A DNA stretch of 64,000 nucleotides from Leptobacterium flavescens (GCF_010671605.1 NZ_JAABOO010000003.1:311993-375992); one strand, 5' to 3'; shown: positions 11,653 through 22,219, counted from the first letter of the stretch. Notes: generated by a model not told the origin, from the letters alone. Program-made: numbers and translations.

Positions 11653-14600
11653 CTACTCAACCCTCATCACATTATCTTCCTGCTTTGTATCCGGGTGGGC
11701 GCCAAACGGATCAATAACGATATATTCCGGAAGCTGATCCACCACTATTTTTATACGTGAGTTCTCCTTGTTGAATTTGTGTTGTTTCAGATACACCGGC
11801 CGGTCATCAATCCCCATTTCGGAAGGATGCTTCATAAAAGCTCCGATCTGAATAGGATTATTAATGGAAACCCTGGCTGTCTTACCCGATTCGTCCGTTT
11901 CGAATTTCCCGGTATGGAATTCCAGGCTCAACTCATAACGCCCGTTGCTCAGTTTTTTGTAGCTGGAAGATCGTACACTGAGGTCGTAGGTCATGATCCT
12001 TTTAAACAGGTCGTCTATCAGGCTGTGCTTTTCCTGAGGAGTTATGTTATAGAGTTTTTCCAGCAGATCCGGAGAGGTTACTTTAAACTCCGTTCCTCCG
12101 TTATATTCGTCTACCAATTCCTTTAGTACAACATTAAGCTGCGCTTCCCCTATCATTTCTTTCAGGGCCTGCATTACATGATAAGCTTTCCCGTATTGCA
12201 GATAAGACTCGCCGCCTACAAGATAAAGGGGAGGCTCAGGATCGGAGCTAAAGGAGCGTCCGCTAAAATAACGTTGAGTTGCATTTTTACTGAGCTGCCA
12301 TAAAGATCCGCTGCCTTCAATTTTTTCCATAACAGCCGCTTCCGTGTACTTGGTTATTACTTCCACGAAAATGCTGGCTCCATCCGTTAGCTTGGGATAA
12401 ATAACATGCCCCCACCACTGGTGTGCTACCTCATGTATAGTACGTTTGGCAACCAGGTCAAAAGCTCCGGGATCTCTGAGATCTATAAGGTAGAGGTTGT
12501 CTTCCACCATACTGATGGTCCCGGGCATAGCCATCCCTCCAAAAGGCCAGTGCGAGGGTATCTCTGCGATCCGCAGATGATCGAAAGGGTATTTCCCGAA
12601 ATTCTCTGTGCAATAATCCAGCGATATTTTAGTCACCTCCATGATCCGGTCTATATTAAAATCATGCCCGGGATGATAGTAGAGTTCGATGGAAATACCT
12701 TTGTAGATCTCTTTTTTAAGCTGGTAAGCGGCCGAAAAGTAACCTAACAACGGGCTTACCGGAGTATCGCTTTTATAGTGATAGTAATTACGGTTGTTTT
12801 CGGTCCATTTGCGAAGGAGGTTTCCCGGTGCAATTGCCATTTGATCTCCGGAGGTCGATACAACGGTTTCGAAAAGGACTTTCCCTATCTTATTATCCGC
12901 TTCAAACTGGAGATGACCCGAATCAACTTCATCCACCTCCCGCTTGGAGAGCCCTCTTTTCTGGCGCTCAAAATCGCTTGAGATCTCCCAGCTTCGCTTA
13001 TAGCCTAGTGAAGGCTCAAAACTCTGATGAAGTATATAGGAGCCGTTATTTACGATATCCCTCCGGGTTTCGAAACCGTCATTGTTCACAAAAGCTTCAT
13101 AACGGAACTTTAATTGCTCTCCGGGTAGCAACTCCCTGTCAAGTTCGAAAAGGTAAGTGTTAAAGGCTGAATCCTTCTCTACCAGACGTGCATTTTCCAG
13201 CCATACCGAACGCAGCGGCTCCCTCTCTGAAATAAGAACGGTCTTTACAGGATTTTCATTCTTGTTCTCGAGGATATAATCGGTTTTTATGACCATCTCG
13301 GCTTTTTGGGGAAACATAGCAACTTCTGTCTTCATTGCTACCGGAAATAGTTCTTCGAGCTCCTCATACTTTTTGTATTTACGCTCATAAGCTTCGCTGA
13401 AATCCAGACGGTCATCGATGGTAGTGTATTCATTTACCAGATTGGTGTTATAAAAGACAGACCCTCCGGATACAAGCAACAGAAGCAAAGAAGAAAACAG
13501 GATAGCTTTTTCGGTCTTTGTCCATTTACTCCTTAATCTTCTCCATCTGAACCTAAGCCCGGAAATAGCTCCTCTTTTCCATAATTTAAAGGATAAAACA
13601 GCCAGGATCAGGGCAACGGACAGCCAGTAAAGAGCAAATTGATTAAAGGGTTTGCTGTAATGGCCAAATCCGGTCATATTGGTATAGGTAGTCCGCGGAA
13701 AGTTCCCTAACTGAAGCATAGGATGTTCAATACCGATACCTGCGGCCAGAGAACTTCCCATAAGTACGATGAGGAGGCCGGTAATAAACATGCCTATATA
13801 TTTGTTTGGCGCCAGGCTTTGAATAAAAAGAGCCAGGCATCCGTAAAACAGGCTTCTCATTCCCGAGTGATAGAACAGGAACAGATATTGTGTCCACTCG
13901 AATTCATAATATCCCTTGGAGATCTGAAAACCGACTGCGATCAGAATACTCAGAAAGATCAGCATCAGCGGAAGGAGCATCAGGGCAGTGAATTTAGAAA
14001 CAAAGAACGCCAGGCTGGATGTGGGGGTCCCGTCTATGATACCGTTAAAGTTGGTGGTGCGTTCCTTCCAGGCAAGCTCTCCGCTGTAAAAAATTATAAG
14101 AATGGTACTGAGAAGCGGAAGCGGGTCTTTGATCAACCATATTAAAAGATCGGTGGTCGGGTAAAGATCGTTGTTGTAATCTCCTCCTCCGTTAATACGG
14201 GTATAGATCTCTGATGCTACAATAACTATCCAGATGAGTAAAATACCTATAAAAGGCAGGCTTCTGGAAATACCTTTCAGTTCCAAACCGATTAAAGTTC
14301 TTAGCGTGGCCCATTGAAATTTGTTCCCGGAAGTAAATGCCGGAGTGGGCTTATAAATGGTCTTTTCGGTCTTCGAAGACGAGAATACCTCTTTCTTCCC
14401 GGCCTTGCGATCTAATTTCCGGAAAGAGAAGATCTTGTAACTGGCCCAGCTTAAGAGCAATGCAAAAGAGATCCATATAATTCTGTTCCACATAAAGAAA
14501 CCGGAAAAAGAGAGGTTTTGACTGTTCTTTTGGAACGGGGTCCAATACTGGGTTTGCTCAAAGAATGCAGAGATCCCGAACGGATCGGCCAAAGCGGCAA

Positions 14601-15231
14601 TGATCATATTTTCCGGTGATGGCGGAACTGCCTGTGCCAGGAAAGGAGAATTTAAGAAGATGGCACAAAGCCAGTACAGGGTATAGATCGCTATGGCCGA
14701 AACATAAATGGTGAGTGCCTTTCTGCTTAGAATGGCGGTGGCAAATAAAAGAGCGGTCAGGATAAAGATATTCGGTACTATCTGAAACAACCAGATCCTG
14801 GCATAGTGCATAACGTTAAATGGCGCCAGGCGTTCCGGGTCGGCCAGAGGTGTATAGGTCCCGATAATATATCCCAGCAGGATAAGGCTAAAGACAAACA
14901 ATCCGACTGTAAAGACTCCGAGGAAGCGACTTAAGAAAAAGTTTCTCCTGCTGATCGATGTGCTGTAAATAATACCATCCAATCGGTACTGAGCATCACG
15001 TACGGCGGCCTGCACACAAAAGAACATAATAGCAAAGACCGAAGTCAGGCTCAACAGATTGACAAAATAAGAAACCTGATAAGGCGAATTGATATTCACG
15101 CTGCTGAGACCTCCGAATTGAAGGAGGGTAGCTCCCATAAAACCAAAGAGGAGAAAAGCGATGGAAAATATCAGAAAAGAAAGCTGTTTTGAATGATAAG
15201 CCCATTCAAATTTTAATAGTTTAAGGAACAT
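11653..15231 (-). CDS. Fusion protein: ABC-2-type permease (multi-TM) joined to an M1-family zinc aminopeptidase domain
   Basis: About 12 TM helices in the N-terminal 550 aa. C-terminal gluzincin motif HEVAHQWWGH…E. Immediately downstream of the ABC ATPase in the same orientation. Confidence 0.75.
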   Translation of the reverse strand: MFLKLLKFEWAYHSKQLSFLIFSIAFLLFGFMGATLLQFGGLSSVNINSPYQVSYFVNLLSLTSVFAIMFFCVQAAVRDAQYRLDGIIYSTSISRRNFFLSRFLGVFTVGLFVFSLILLGYIIGTYTPLADPERLAPFNVMHYARIWLFQIVPNIFILTALLFATAILSRKALTIYVSAIAIYTLYWLCAIFLNSPFLAQAVPPSPENMIIAALADPFGISAFFEQTQYWTPFQKNSQNLSFSGFFMWNRIIWISFALLLSWASYKIFSFRKLDRKAGKKEVFSSSKTEKTIYKPTPAFTSGNKFQWATLRTLIGLELKGISRSLPFIGILLIWIVIVASEIYTRINGGGDYNNDLYPTTDLLIWLIKDPLPLLSTILIIFYSGELAWKERTTNFNGIIDGTPTSSLAFFVSKFTALMLLPLMLIFLSILIAVGFQISKGYYEFEWTQYLFLFYHSGMRSLFYGCLALFIQSLAPNKYIGMFITGLLIVLMGSSLAAGIGIEHPMLQLGNFPRTTYTNMTGFGHYSKPFNQFALYWLSVALILAVLSFKLWKRGAISGLRFRWRRLRSKWTKTEKAILFSSLLLLLVSGGSVFYNTNLVNEYTTIDDRLDFSEAYERKYKKYEELEELFPVAMKTEVAMFPQKAEMVIKTDYILENKNENPVKTVLISEREPLRSVWLENARLVEKDSAFNTYLFELDRELLPGEQLKFRYEAFVNNDGFETRRDIVNNGSYILHQSFEPSLGYKRSWEISSDFERQKRGLSKREVDEVDSGHLQFEADNKIGKVLFETVVSTSGDQMAIAPGNLLRKWTENNRNYYHYKSDTPVSPLLGYFSAAYQLKKEIYKGISIELYYHPGHDFNIDRIMEVTKISLDYCTENFGKYPFDHLRIAEIPSHWPFGGMAMPGTISMVEDNLYLIDLRDPGAFDLVAKRTIHEVAHQWWGHVIYPKLTDGASIFVEVITKYTEAAVMEKIEGSGSLWQLSKNATQRYFSGRSFSSDPEPPLYLVGGESYLQYGKAYHVMQALKEMIGEAQLNVVLKELVDEYNGGTEFKVTSPDLLEKLYNITPQEKHSLIDDLFKRIMTYDLSVRSSSYKKLSNGRYELSLEFHTGKFETDESGKTARVSINNPIQIGAFMKHPSEMGIDDRPVYLKQHKFNKENSRIKIVVDQLPEYIVIDPFGAHPDTKQEDNVMRVE

Positions 15232-15242
15232 ATCAGTATGAT

Positions 15243-16121
15243 TTATGATGGGTTTTTTAATAATTTGGTAAAGTAAACGTCTTCCAGACCGGGAGCGACA
15301 AGGTCGAATCCGGCCTCTGGCTTTTCTTCAGCCAGAACGTGGATCTGTGTTTTTCCGGAGAACAAACGTGTGGAAATAAGTTTGAATGCATTTCTGTATG
15401 CAGGAAGATCTTCTTTGGCAATTACTTTATGCCATATTTTTCCCTTCAGGTCGTCTACCAGTTCGGATGGAACTCCCTTAGAGATGATATGCCCCTCCCC
15501 GAGGATAGCCATTTGGGTACAGAGGTCTCTCACATCTTCTACAATATGGGTGGAAAGGATGACAATAATATTTTCTCCTATCTCACTCAACAGATTGAGG
15601 AAACGGTTTCGCTCTTCAGGATCGAGGCCGGCCGTTGGTTCATCAACAATAATAAGTTTAGGATTGCCAAGCAGGGCCTGCGCAATACCGAAACGCTGTC
15701 TCATTCCTCCCGAAAAAGTATGTACCGCTTTTTTGCGGTATTGATAGAGATTGGTTTGATGAAGCAGGGCAATTACCTGCTCTTTTCGTTCTTTTTTATC
15801 TAAAATACCCTTTAGTATGGCAATGTGGTTTAACAGATCGTATGCCGCAATTTTAGGATATACGTTAAACTCCTGAGGCAGATAACCCAATACATTGCGT
15901 ATTTGCTGCGGATCTTTAATAATATCCTGATCATTAAAGAGCAATGCTCCTTCTGACGGTTCCTGAAGACCGGCAATGGTTCTCATAAGAGAGGATTTAC
16001 CTGCTCCGTTCGGACCCAGCAGACCGAACATTCCGTTGTCGATACGCAGGGAAATATTGTTCAGGGCTTTTATGCCGTTGGGATAGGTTTTGGACAGATT
16101 TCGAATTTCAAGTGTATTCAT
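15243..16121 (-). CDS. ABC transporter ATP-binding protein
   Basis: Walker A GPNGAGKS. Signature LSGGMRQR. Walker B IIVDEPTAGLD. Confidence 0.9.
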   Translation of the reverse strand: MNTLEIRNLSKTYPNGIKALNNISLRIDNGMFGLLGPNGAGKSSLMRTIAGLQEPSEGALLFNDQDIIKDPQQIRNVLGYLPQEFNVYPKIAAYDLLNHIAILKGILDKKERKEQVIALLHQTNLYQYRKKAVHTFSGGMRQRFGIAQALLGNPKLIIVDEPTAGLDPEERNRFLNLLSEIGENIIVILSTHIVEDVRDLCTQMAILGEGHIISKGVPSELVDDLKGKIWHKVIAKEDLPAYRNAFKLISTRLFSGKTQIHVLAEEKPEAGFDLVAPGLEDVYFTKLLKNPS

Positions 16122-16326
16122 GTTTTCAGCATTTTGATTGAAGCACGAACTTAAAAGCGTAAAAACTGTATTAATAATTATTGTGACGGCTTACCATATC
16201 TCATTGCAGATAGCATATTAAATGAGTTGAATGACGTTTATCAGGAAAAGAGTGACATTCGCATGTATTTTGATACCGTCTGCGTATTAAATTGTAAGGA
16301 GGGAGCGGCTTTAGTATTTTTGAGCT

Positions 16327-17664
16327 ATGTTTTACAAATTGAAGAAATACGATTTTTTGGTTTACGGCTTTGCCCTTACCTATATCCTGAAGGTATATCT
16401 CCAGAAAATAGGGCTTATTCTCATCGATAAAGACGAACAGTTGTTTAATATAGCAGGCTTTGTTTTCTGGGGCTTTGTTTTTTCTGTGCTTATCTATTTT
16501 GTTTTGTATCACAAGGCAGAGACCTACTTCAGGTATGTGCTTTTAGGGCTTGCGGTAACCATTGGCGGCACGGTTCTTTCCGTTTATTTTAAAATGGAGA
16601 GGGCTTCTTTTTTCTTTATAGTCCTTTTTTGGGGCCTTATTTTCTTTCTGGGAGTCTCCTGGTATATGCACAGGTTTAAAAAGAAGAAACTCATTCCAAC
16701 ACTCTTAAAAAAGAAGGAACTTTTGGTAAAGATCGGTTTTTTGCTACTGGTCTTTATCGGTATCCTGATGTCGGAAGGATTGATAGGTATTCCCGACAAT
16801 CCGCTTACCTTTTCACTGCTGATCATTTTTTGTATCCTGGCGTTTAATATCCTCGCTCCGAAATTTTTTAACCGCTATAAGTTTTTTATCCTCGGGATCT
16901 ACGGCGGTCTCTTCCTGTTGTATTTCTACTCCCTGAGCAATAATGAATCGGCCTTACTGGTTACCAATGAAAAGGAGAGACAGGAATTCCTCAATATTGC
17001 CATGCTATTCCTTTTGCCGGTCCCGTTCTTCATTCTTTTCTGGGTTTATGAACAGTGGAAATGGTTCCGGAATATCAAAGCCGAGAAGACAAAAGCCGAA
17101 CTGGCACTGCTGAAAAGCCAGGTAAACCCGCATTTCTTTTTTAATACCCTGAACAACCTTTACGGTCTGGCCAAGAAGAAAGCTGATGAAACCCCCGATA
17201 TCATCCTGAAGCTATCCGAAATAATGAGGTATGTTATTTATAAGGGGCAGGAGCAGGAAGTACGCCTGGAAGAGGAACTCAACTATCTGGAGAACTATCT
17301 CGAACTACAGCAGATAAGGCATCATGAAAAAGTAGAGATTGTTTTTGACAAAAAGATCGCCGATAAGGAACTGAAGATCGCTCCCCTCCTTCTGATCGTA
17401 TTTCTGGAGAATGCCTTTAAACACGGAGTGGATTCCCTTATTAAAGGAGCCTATGTTCATGTAAAGCTGGAAGTAAGCGAAGATGAGCTTTTATTTGAAG
17501 TAGATAATAATTTCGATCCGGAAGCCAATAGCAAACCTGCCGGGATAGGCCTGGAGAATCTGCAAAAAAGACTGGAGATCATTTATGAAGACAGGCATCA
17601 GCTGGAGCTTAAAAAAGAAGACAATAGCTTTAAGGCCCGCTTAACTTTATTAAATTTATCCTGA
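16327..17664 (+). CDS. Sensor histidine kinase, LytS/YehU-like (His_kinase PF06580-type)
   Basis: Multi-TM N-terminus. NPHFFFNTLNNL H-box region. HATPase_c C-terminus. Confidence 0.75.
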   Translation: MFYKLKKYDFLVYGFALTYILKVYLQKIGLILIDKDEQLFNIAGFVFWGFVFSVLIYFVLYHKAETYFRYVLLGLAVTIGGTVLSVYFKMERASFFFIVLFWGLIFFLGVSWYMHRFKKKKLIPTLLKKKELLVKIGFLLLVFIGILMSEGLIGIPDNPLTFSLLIIFCILAFNILAPKFFNRYKFFILGIYGGLFLLYFYSLSNNESALLVTNEKERQEFLNIAMLFLLPVPFFILFWVYEQWKWFRNIKAEKTKAELALLKSQVNPHFFFNTLNNLYGLAKKKADETPDIILKLSEIMRYVIYKGQEQEVRLEEELNYLENYLELQQIRHHEKVEIVFDKKIADKELKIAPLLLIVFLENAFKHGVDSLIKGAYVHVKLEVSEDELLFEVDNNFDPEANSKPAGIGLENLQKRLEIIYEDRHQLELKKEDNSFKARLTLLNLS

Positions 17665-18365
17665 TGAAATATATTATTGTCGACGACGAGCCTATAGCTC
17701 ATGATATCATAGAAGAATATGCCGGAGAACTGGATGACATGGAATTGGTGGGCAAATGCTATAATGCGATAGAAGCCATCAGCCTGTTACAAAAAAAGGA
17801 GGTAGATCTGATATTCCTGGATATTGAGATGCCAAAACTAAAGGGACTCGATTTTCTCAGGACCCTGAGTAATCCTCCTCTGGTAGTCATTACTACGGCC
17901 TATTCGGAGTTTGCGGTAGAGAGCTATGAGTTAACAGTTACCGATTACCTGCTGAAGCCTTTTGGTTTTGATCGTTTCTTAAAAGCTTATACCAAAGTAA
18001 AGAAAGCAAAGGAACAGGCAGATGCGGCAGGGAAAAGCAGCCCGGTAAAGGAAGCAACTTCCAAAAGTGTTTTCTTAAAAGGAGATAAAGAGATCTATCA
18101 TATTAAACTCGACGATATCCTCTACCTGGAGAGCTATGGGAATTATGTAAAAGTGCATGTTGGAAAGGAGGTACTTCTTATTCATGAAACCCTGTCCAAT
18201 ATGGAAAGCACACTCCCCTCCGAACAGTTTTTAAGGGTTCACCGTTCATTTATGATCCAGATCTCCTGTATAGATCGCATCACCGGAAACCAGATCAAAA
18301 TAGGAGATGCCACTATTCCTATCGGAAGATCTTATAAGGCAATTGTGAATAACAGACTTTTTTAG
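17664..18365 (+). CDS. LytTR-family response regulator
   Basis: REC domain (IIVDDEP…, D at LFLDIEMP). C-terminal LytTR DNA-binding domain. Start overlaps the kinase stop. Confidence 0.85.
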   Translation: MKYIIVDDEPIAHDIIEEYAGELDDMELVGKCYNAIEAISLLQKKEVDLIFLDIEMPKLKGLDFLRTLSNPPLVVITTAYSEFAVESYELTVTDYLLKPFGFDRFLKAYTKVKKAKEQADAAGKSSPVKEATSKSVFLKGDKEIYHIKLDDILYLESYGNYVKVHVGKEVLLIHETLSNMESTLPSEQFLRVHRSFMIQISCIDRITGNQIKIGDATIPIGRSYKAIVNNRLF

Positions 18366-18456
18366 CAATGAACAATGATCAATAAGCAATAAACAATAAA
18401 CAATGAGCAATTTCCAAATTAACTCATTTTCAAATCAACTAATCCTGTATACCTTC

Positions 18457-18506
18457 AACCAACAACCAACAACCAACAACCAACAACCAACAACCAACAA
18501 CCAAAC
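18457..18506. repeat. Heptanucleotide microsatellite (AACCAAC) of about 7 units
   Basis: caaccaacaaccaacaacc... in the intergenic region upstream of the S9 peptidase. Related aacc/caat low-complexity tracts occur at 11270-11350, 11565-11650, 21551-21660, 36240-36290 and 51586-51627. Confidence 0.8.
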
Positions 18507-18742
18507 TCCAAATTCCAATCCCGATAGCTATCGGGACCAAATTCCAGGTTCCAATGGCTAATGGCTAAAAACTAATCACTAACAGCTAACAACCAACAAC
18601 TAATAACCAACAACTAATAACTAACATCTGTCATCCTTTAAGTTAGAGATGTTAATTTTAACATAGTCCCTCCCCAAAAAGTTTTATATTTCATTGATTT
18701 TAAGAACTAAACTCAATTTACCAATCTATAACTCCAGCCAAA

Positions 18743-21550
18743 ATGATCCGGAAAATCACTCTTCTAGCCGTTCTTTTTAGTGTTTCTTTTGTATTCTCTC
18801 AAAAGAAAGCCATAAGCCATGACGATTACGACCTGTGGAAAAATATCGGGAATACACAAATATCCGATAAGGGAAAACTAATGATATCAACCGTAGTAAC
18901 GACAACAGGCCGTGGCGACGGATACCTGATGATCTACAACACGGATACCAAAAGCAAGTTTGTTTTTCACAATGGCTATGACGCCTCTGTTTCTGCCGAT
19001 GAGAATTATGTGGTCTTTAAAAGGAAACCCAAATATCAGGATGTCAGGAAAGAGAAGAAGAAAAAAGTAAAAAAGGACGATCGGGAAAAGGATATGCTGT
19101 TTGTGTATGATGTAAAGAATAACAGGATCTCCGACTCGGTTTCAAGGGTTAAGAAATATGAACTCTCAGAAAAGGGAGCCTGGGCAGTTATTGAAAAATT
19201 CAAGAACAAAAAGGAAAAGAAGAAAAAAGAAAAAGGAGAAGAGGGAGATAAGAAAAAAGATACTGTAAAAAAGAAAAAGAGCAAGGTTTTTGAGCAGGAC
19301 TATGCTTTGGTGTACAACCTGAAAACAGGCGGGAAAGATACCCTTCATCAGATCAAGGATTTTGCATTGGCAGAAGAAGGCCCTTCACTCTACTACTCCC
19401 TTAAAAAGAAAAAAGGAAGCGATATAGGAGTATATGCTTACGACCTGGAATCCGGGGCGAAAAAGATGATAGATACCGGCAAATATGCCTATGATAAACT
19501 GATTACCGATAAAGAGGGGAAACAGTTTGCATATATGGCTGCCAAGGATTCTACGGAAACCGATTCTCTTAAATTCGAATTATATCACTATACAGGGAAT
19601 ACTCTAAATAAGCTTACCGATATCTCAGGGAAGAACCTTAAAAAAGACTGGGAACTCAGTAAGGACATAAGCCCGTACTTCTCCGAAACAGGAAAAAGAT
19701 TGTTTTTCTATTCCAGACCGGAAATAAACCTGCAAAAAGATACAACCCTTCTGGATGAAGAGGTTCCTCAGGTAGATGTGTGGAACTGGAAGGACGAACT
19801 CATTCAACCGGAGCAGAAATCGAGATTTAAGCAGTTAAAGGAAAGAGCTTTTGTGTCCTATTATTCTCCGGAAAGTAAAAGAGTGACCCACCTTCAGGAT
19901 GAAGATATGGACTTTGTGTTTTTTGACAGGGAAGGGGAAAACCGCTTTGCCATTGGAGTTAATAGTATCCCCTATAGTATTCAGCGCTCCTGGGAGTCGC
20001 CGTGGAGAAGGGATTTTTATGTTATCGATGCGAATACAGGACAAAAACATCTGGCTTTAAGTAAAGCCGGAAATCAACCTGTTTTATCTCCCGATGGCAA
20101 CTATGCCCTTTATTACGATGTAGATGCAAAGCACTGGTTCTCTATCAGGCTGTCGGACCGTTCAAAAACTAATCTGACCGATGGACTTGGAGTACCGTTT
20201 TATGACGAAGATGACGATCATCCGTCGTTACCTCCGTCTCATGGTTTTGGAGGTTTTGATGCTGATGGAAATGCTCTTATCTACGATAAGTACGATGTCT
20301 GGAAAATAGCTTTGGACGGAAAGACCAAAGGAGTTAATATCAGCGCAAACGGAAGAAAGGACAATATTGTTTACCGGGTATTGAACCTGGATCCGGAGAA
20401 CCGCAGAAAAGCGTCTTACCTGAATAAGGAACTCTTGTTAACCGGGTTTGATAAAACAACCAAAGCTTCCGGTTTGTACAGCCTCCGCAAGGGAAAAATG
20501 AGAGAAAGAATGAAGGCGGGAGAGTACCTGGTATCGGGTTATGTAAAGGCTAAAGATGCCGAAGTATACGGTTTCAGAAAGCAGAATTTCACAACCTATC
20601 CCGACCTGTATCTCAGTAAGGACAGCTTCCGTACCTCAAACAAGGTCACGGATGTCAATCCGCAGCAAAAAGATTTTAAATGGGGAACTGCAGAGCTTTT
20701 CTCCTGGAAAGCATACGACGGGACCGAACTGGAAGGAATTATCTATAAACCTGAAAATTTCGATCCTTCTAAAAAATATCCTGTGATCACCTATTTCTAT
20801 GAAAAGCGTTCGGATACCTACAGGAATTACAGATCCCCTCAACCGAGTGCATCGACGGTTAATTCTTCCTATCTGGTTAGTAATGACTATATCATGTTTG
20901 TTCCGGATATTGTTTATAAGGACGGGAAACCGGGTCCAAGTGCGTATAACTGTATAGTATCCGGTGTAGATGCCCTTGTGAAAGAGGGATATATAGACAC
21001 CGATAATATGGCCCTTCAGGGACAGAGCTGGGGAGGATATCAGGTGGCCTATCTCATTACGGTAACCGATAAGTTTAAGGCCGCAATGGCGGGAGCTCCG
21101 GTAAGTAATATGACCTCTGCCTATGGTGGGATCAGATGGCAATCCGGTTTAAGCAGGGCTTTTCAGTATGAACGAACACAAAGCCGACTGGGAAAAAACC
21201 TGTGGGAAGGCTTTGACCTCTATATTGAAAACTCACCTTTATTCGGGATCCCCAAGATCAAAACCCCTTTACTGATGATGCATAACGACAACGATGGTGC
21301 CGTTCCGTATTACCAGGGGATAGAAATGTTTATGGGGATGAGAAGACTTCAGAAACCGGCCTGGTTACTGGTGTATAATGACGAAGCTCATAACCTGAGG
21401 AATGTTAAGAACAGACAGGACCTTTCTATCAGGATGATGCAGTTCTTCGACCATTATCTCAAGGGAGAGCCCGCACCTAAATGGATGACCAAAGGTGTTC
21501 CGAGAACCGAGAAAGGTATTGATTTCGGATATGACCTGGATAAGGAATAA
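18743..21550 (+). CDS. S9-family serine peptidase (prolyl oligopeptidase / DPP-like) with a Lys/Glu-rich low-complexity insertion
   Basis: Signal peptide. Beta-propeller region. C-terminal alpha/beta-hydrolase with GQSWGG (Ser), HNDNDGAVP (Asp), NDEAHNL (His). K/E-rich insert at roughly aa 100-185. Confidence 0.8.
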   Translation: MIRKITLLAVLFSVSFVFSQKKAISHDDYDLWKNIGNTQISDKGKLMISTVVTTTGRGDGYLMIYNTDTKSKFVFHNGYDASVSADENYVVFKRKPKYQDVRKEKKKKVKKDDREKDMLFVYDVKNNRISDSVSRVKKYELSEKGAWAVIEKFKNKKEKKKKEKGEEGDKKKDTVKKKKSKVFEQDYALVYNLKTGGKDTLHQIKDFALAEEGPSLYYSLKKKKGSDIGVYAYDLESGAKKMIDTGKYAYDKLITDKEGKQFAYMAAKDSTETDSLKFELYHYTGNTLNKLTDISGKNLKKDWELSKDISPYFSETGKRLFFYSRPEINLQKDTTLLDEEVPQVDVWNWKDELIQPEQKSRFKQLKERAFVSYYSPESKRVTHLQDEDMDFVFFDREGENRFAIGVNSIPYSIQRSWESPWRRDFYVIDANTGQKHLALSKAGNQPVLSPDGNYALYYDVDAKHWFSIRLSDRSKTNLTDGLGVPFYDEDDDHPSLPPSHGFGGFDADGNALIYDKYDVWKIALDGKTKGVNISANGRKDNIVYRVLNLDPENRRKASYLNKELLLTGFDKTTKASGLYSLRKGKMRERMKAGEYLVSGYVKAKDAEVYGFRKQNFTTYPDLYLSKDSFRTSNKVTDVNPQQKDFKWGTAELFSWKAYDGTELEGIIYKPENFDPSKKYPVITYFYEKRSDTYRNYRSPQPSASTVNSSYLVSNDYIMFVPDIVYKDGKPGPSAYNCIVSGVDALVKEGYIDTDNMALQGQSWGGYQVAYLITVTDKFKAAMAGAPVSNMTSAYGGIRWQSGLSRAFQYERTQSRLGKNLWEGFDLYIENSPLFGIPKIKTPLLMMHNDNDGAVPYYQGIEMFMGMRRLQKPAWLLVYNDEAHNLRNVKNRQDLSIRMMQFFDHYLKGEPAPKWMTKGVPRTEKGIDFGYDLDKE

Positions 21551-21662
21551 TGCCAATTGACAATGAACAATTAACAATGGTTGTTGTTTAATTAGCTAGC
21601 TGTTAGCAGTTAGTTTGTTTCCATGTGCTCCGTAGCTTGGGCGAAGGAGCAACAATCAACAA

Positions 21663-22214
21663 TCAACATTCCTCCCGCCATTCCCAGTTGATAAGCTCCC
21701 AGGAAACGCCATCGCTTGTTTGGGTTTTCAGGACCTTGAAGCCAACACTTTTATGCGCTTCCAGAGATCGTATATTACTGCTGGCCACTTCGGTGAACAG
21801 GCAATCGAATTCGTCTTTCAATTCCTCTCTGTAAAAACCATAAAGCCCTCTGAAAATTCCCTGCTTCCGATACGGCCGGTCTATGCAGACCTGGCCCATT
21901 ACAATATATTTCCTTCCCTTTAATAACTCATCGGCTGTTTCGAACATAGGAACAAGGACCGGGAATTCCTCCCGGAAAGAAGGCAGCATGGCCAGCGCGT
22001 AGCCTGCCACCGTATTCCCGTCTTTGGCAATGATATGGGCACAGCTTGTATTCATCTTTTTAAGGGTCTCAAAGCTGTGATGTACCGTTATGAAACCTTC
22101 AAGCTGTTGATCTTCTTCAGATAAATTAACCTTAAAGTTCCGCTTCTGTATCTCGAGGATCTGCTGCAATTCGTCATCAGACGAAGCTCTTTTATATACA
22201 ATTGAAGCGCCCAT
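21663..22214 (-). CDS. GNAT-like acetyltransferase (hypothetical)
   Basis: 183 aa, acyl-CoA N-acyltransferase-like pattern. No clear motif beyond the fold-level resemblance. Confidence 0.45.
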   Translation of the reverse strand: MGASIVYKRASSDDELQQILEIQKRNFKVNLSEEDQQLEGFITVHHSFETLKKMNTSCAHIIAKDGNTVAGYALAMLPSFREEFPVLVPMFETADELLKGRKYIVMGQVCIDRPYRKQGIFRGLYGFYREELKDEFDCLFTEVASSNIRSLEAHKSVGFKVLKTQTSDGVSWELINWEWREEC

Positions 22215-22219
22215 CTTAT

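Noticed and set aside
16201-16512. 103-aa minus-strand ORF overlapping the 5' end of the LytS-like kinase
   Set aside because: It overlaps the promoter and N-terminus of a well-supported gene, with no motifs. It would also sit inside the divergent promoter region.
19036-19348. Minus-strand ORFs (82 and 60 aa, poly-Phe/Ser/Leu) in the K/E-rich region of the S9 peptidase
   Set aside because: They are an artefact of the A/G-rich low-complexity DNA read on the other strand (poly-TTC/TTT).
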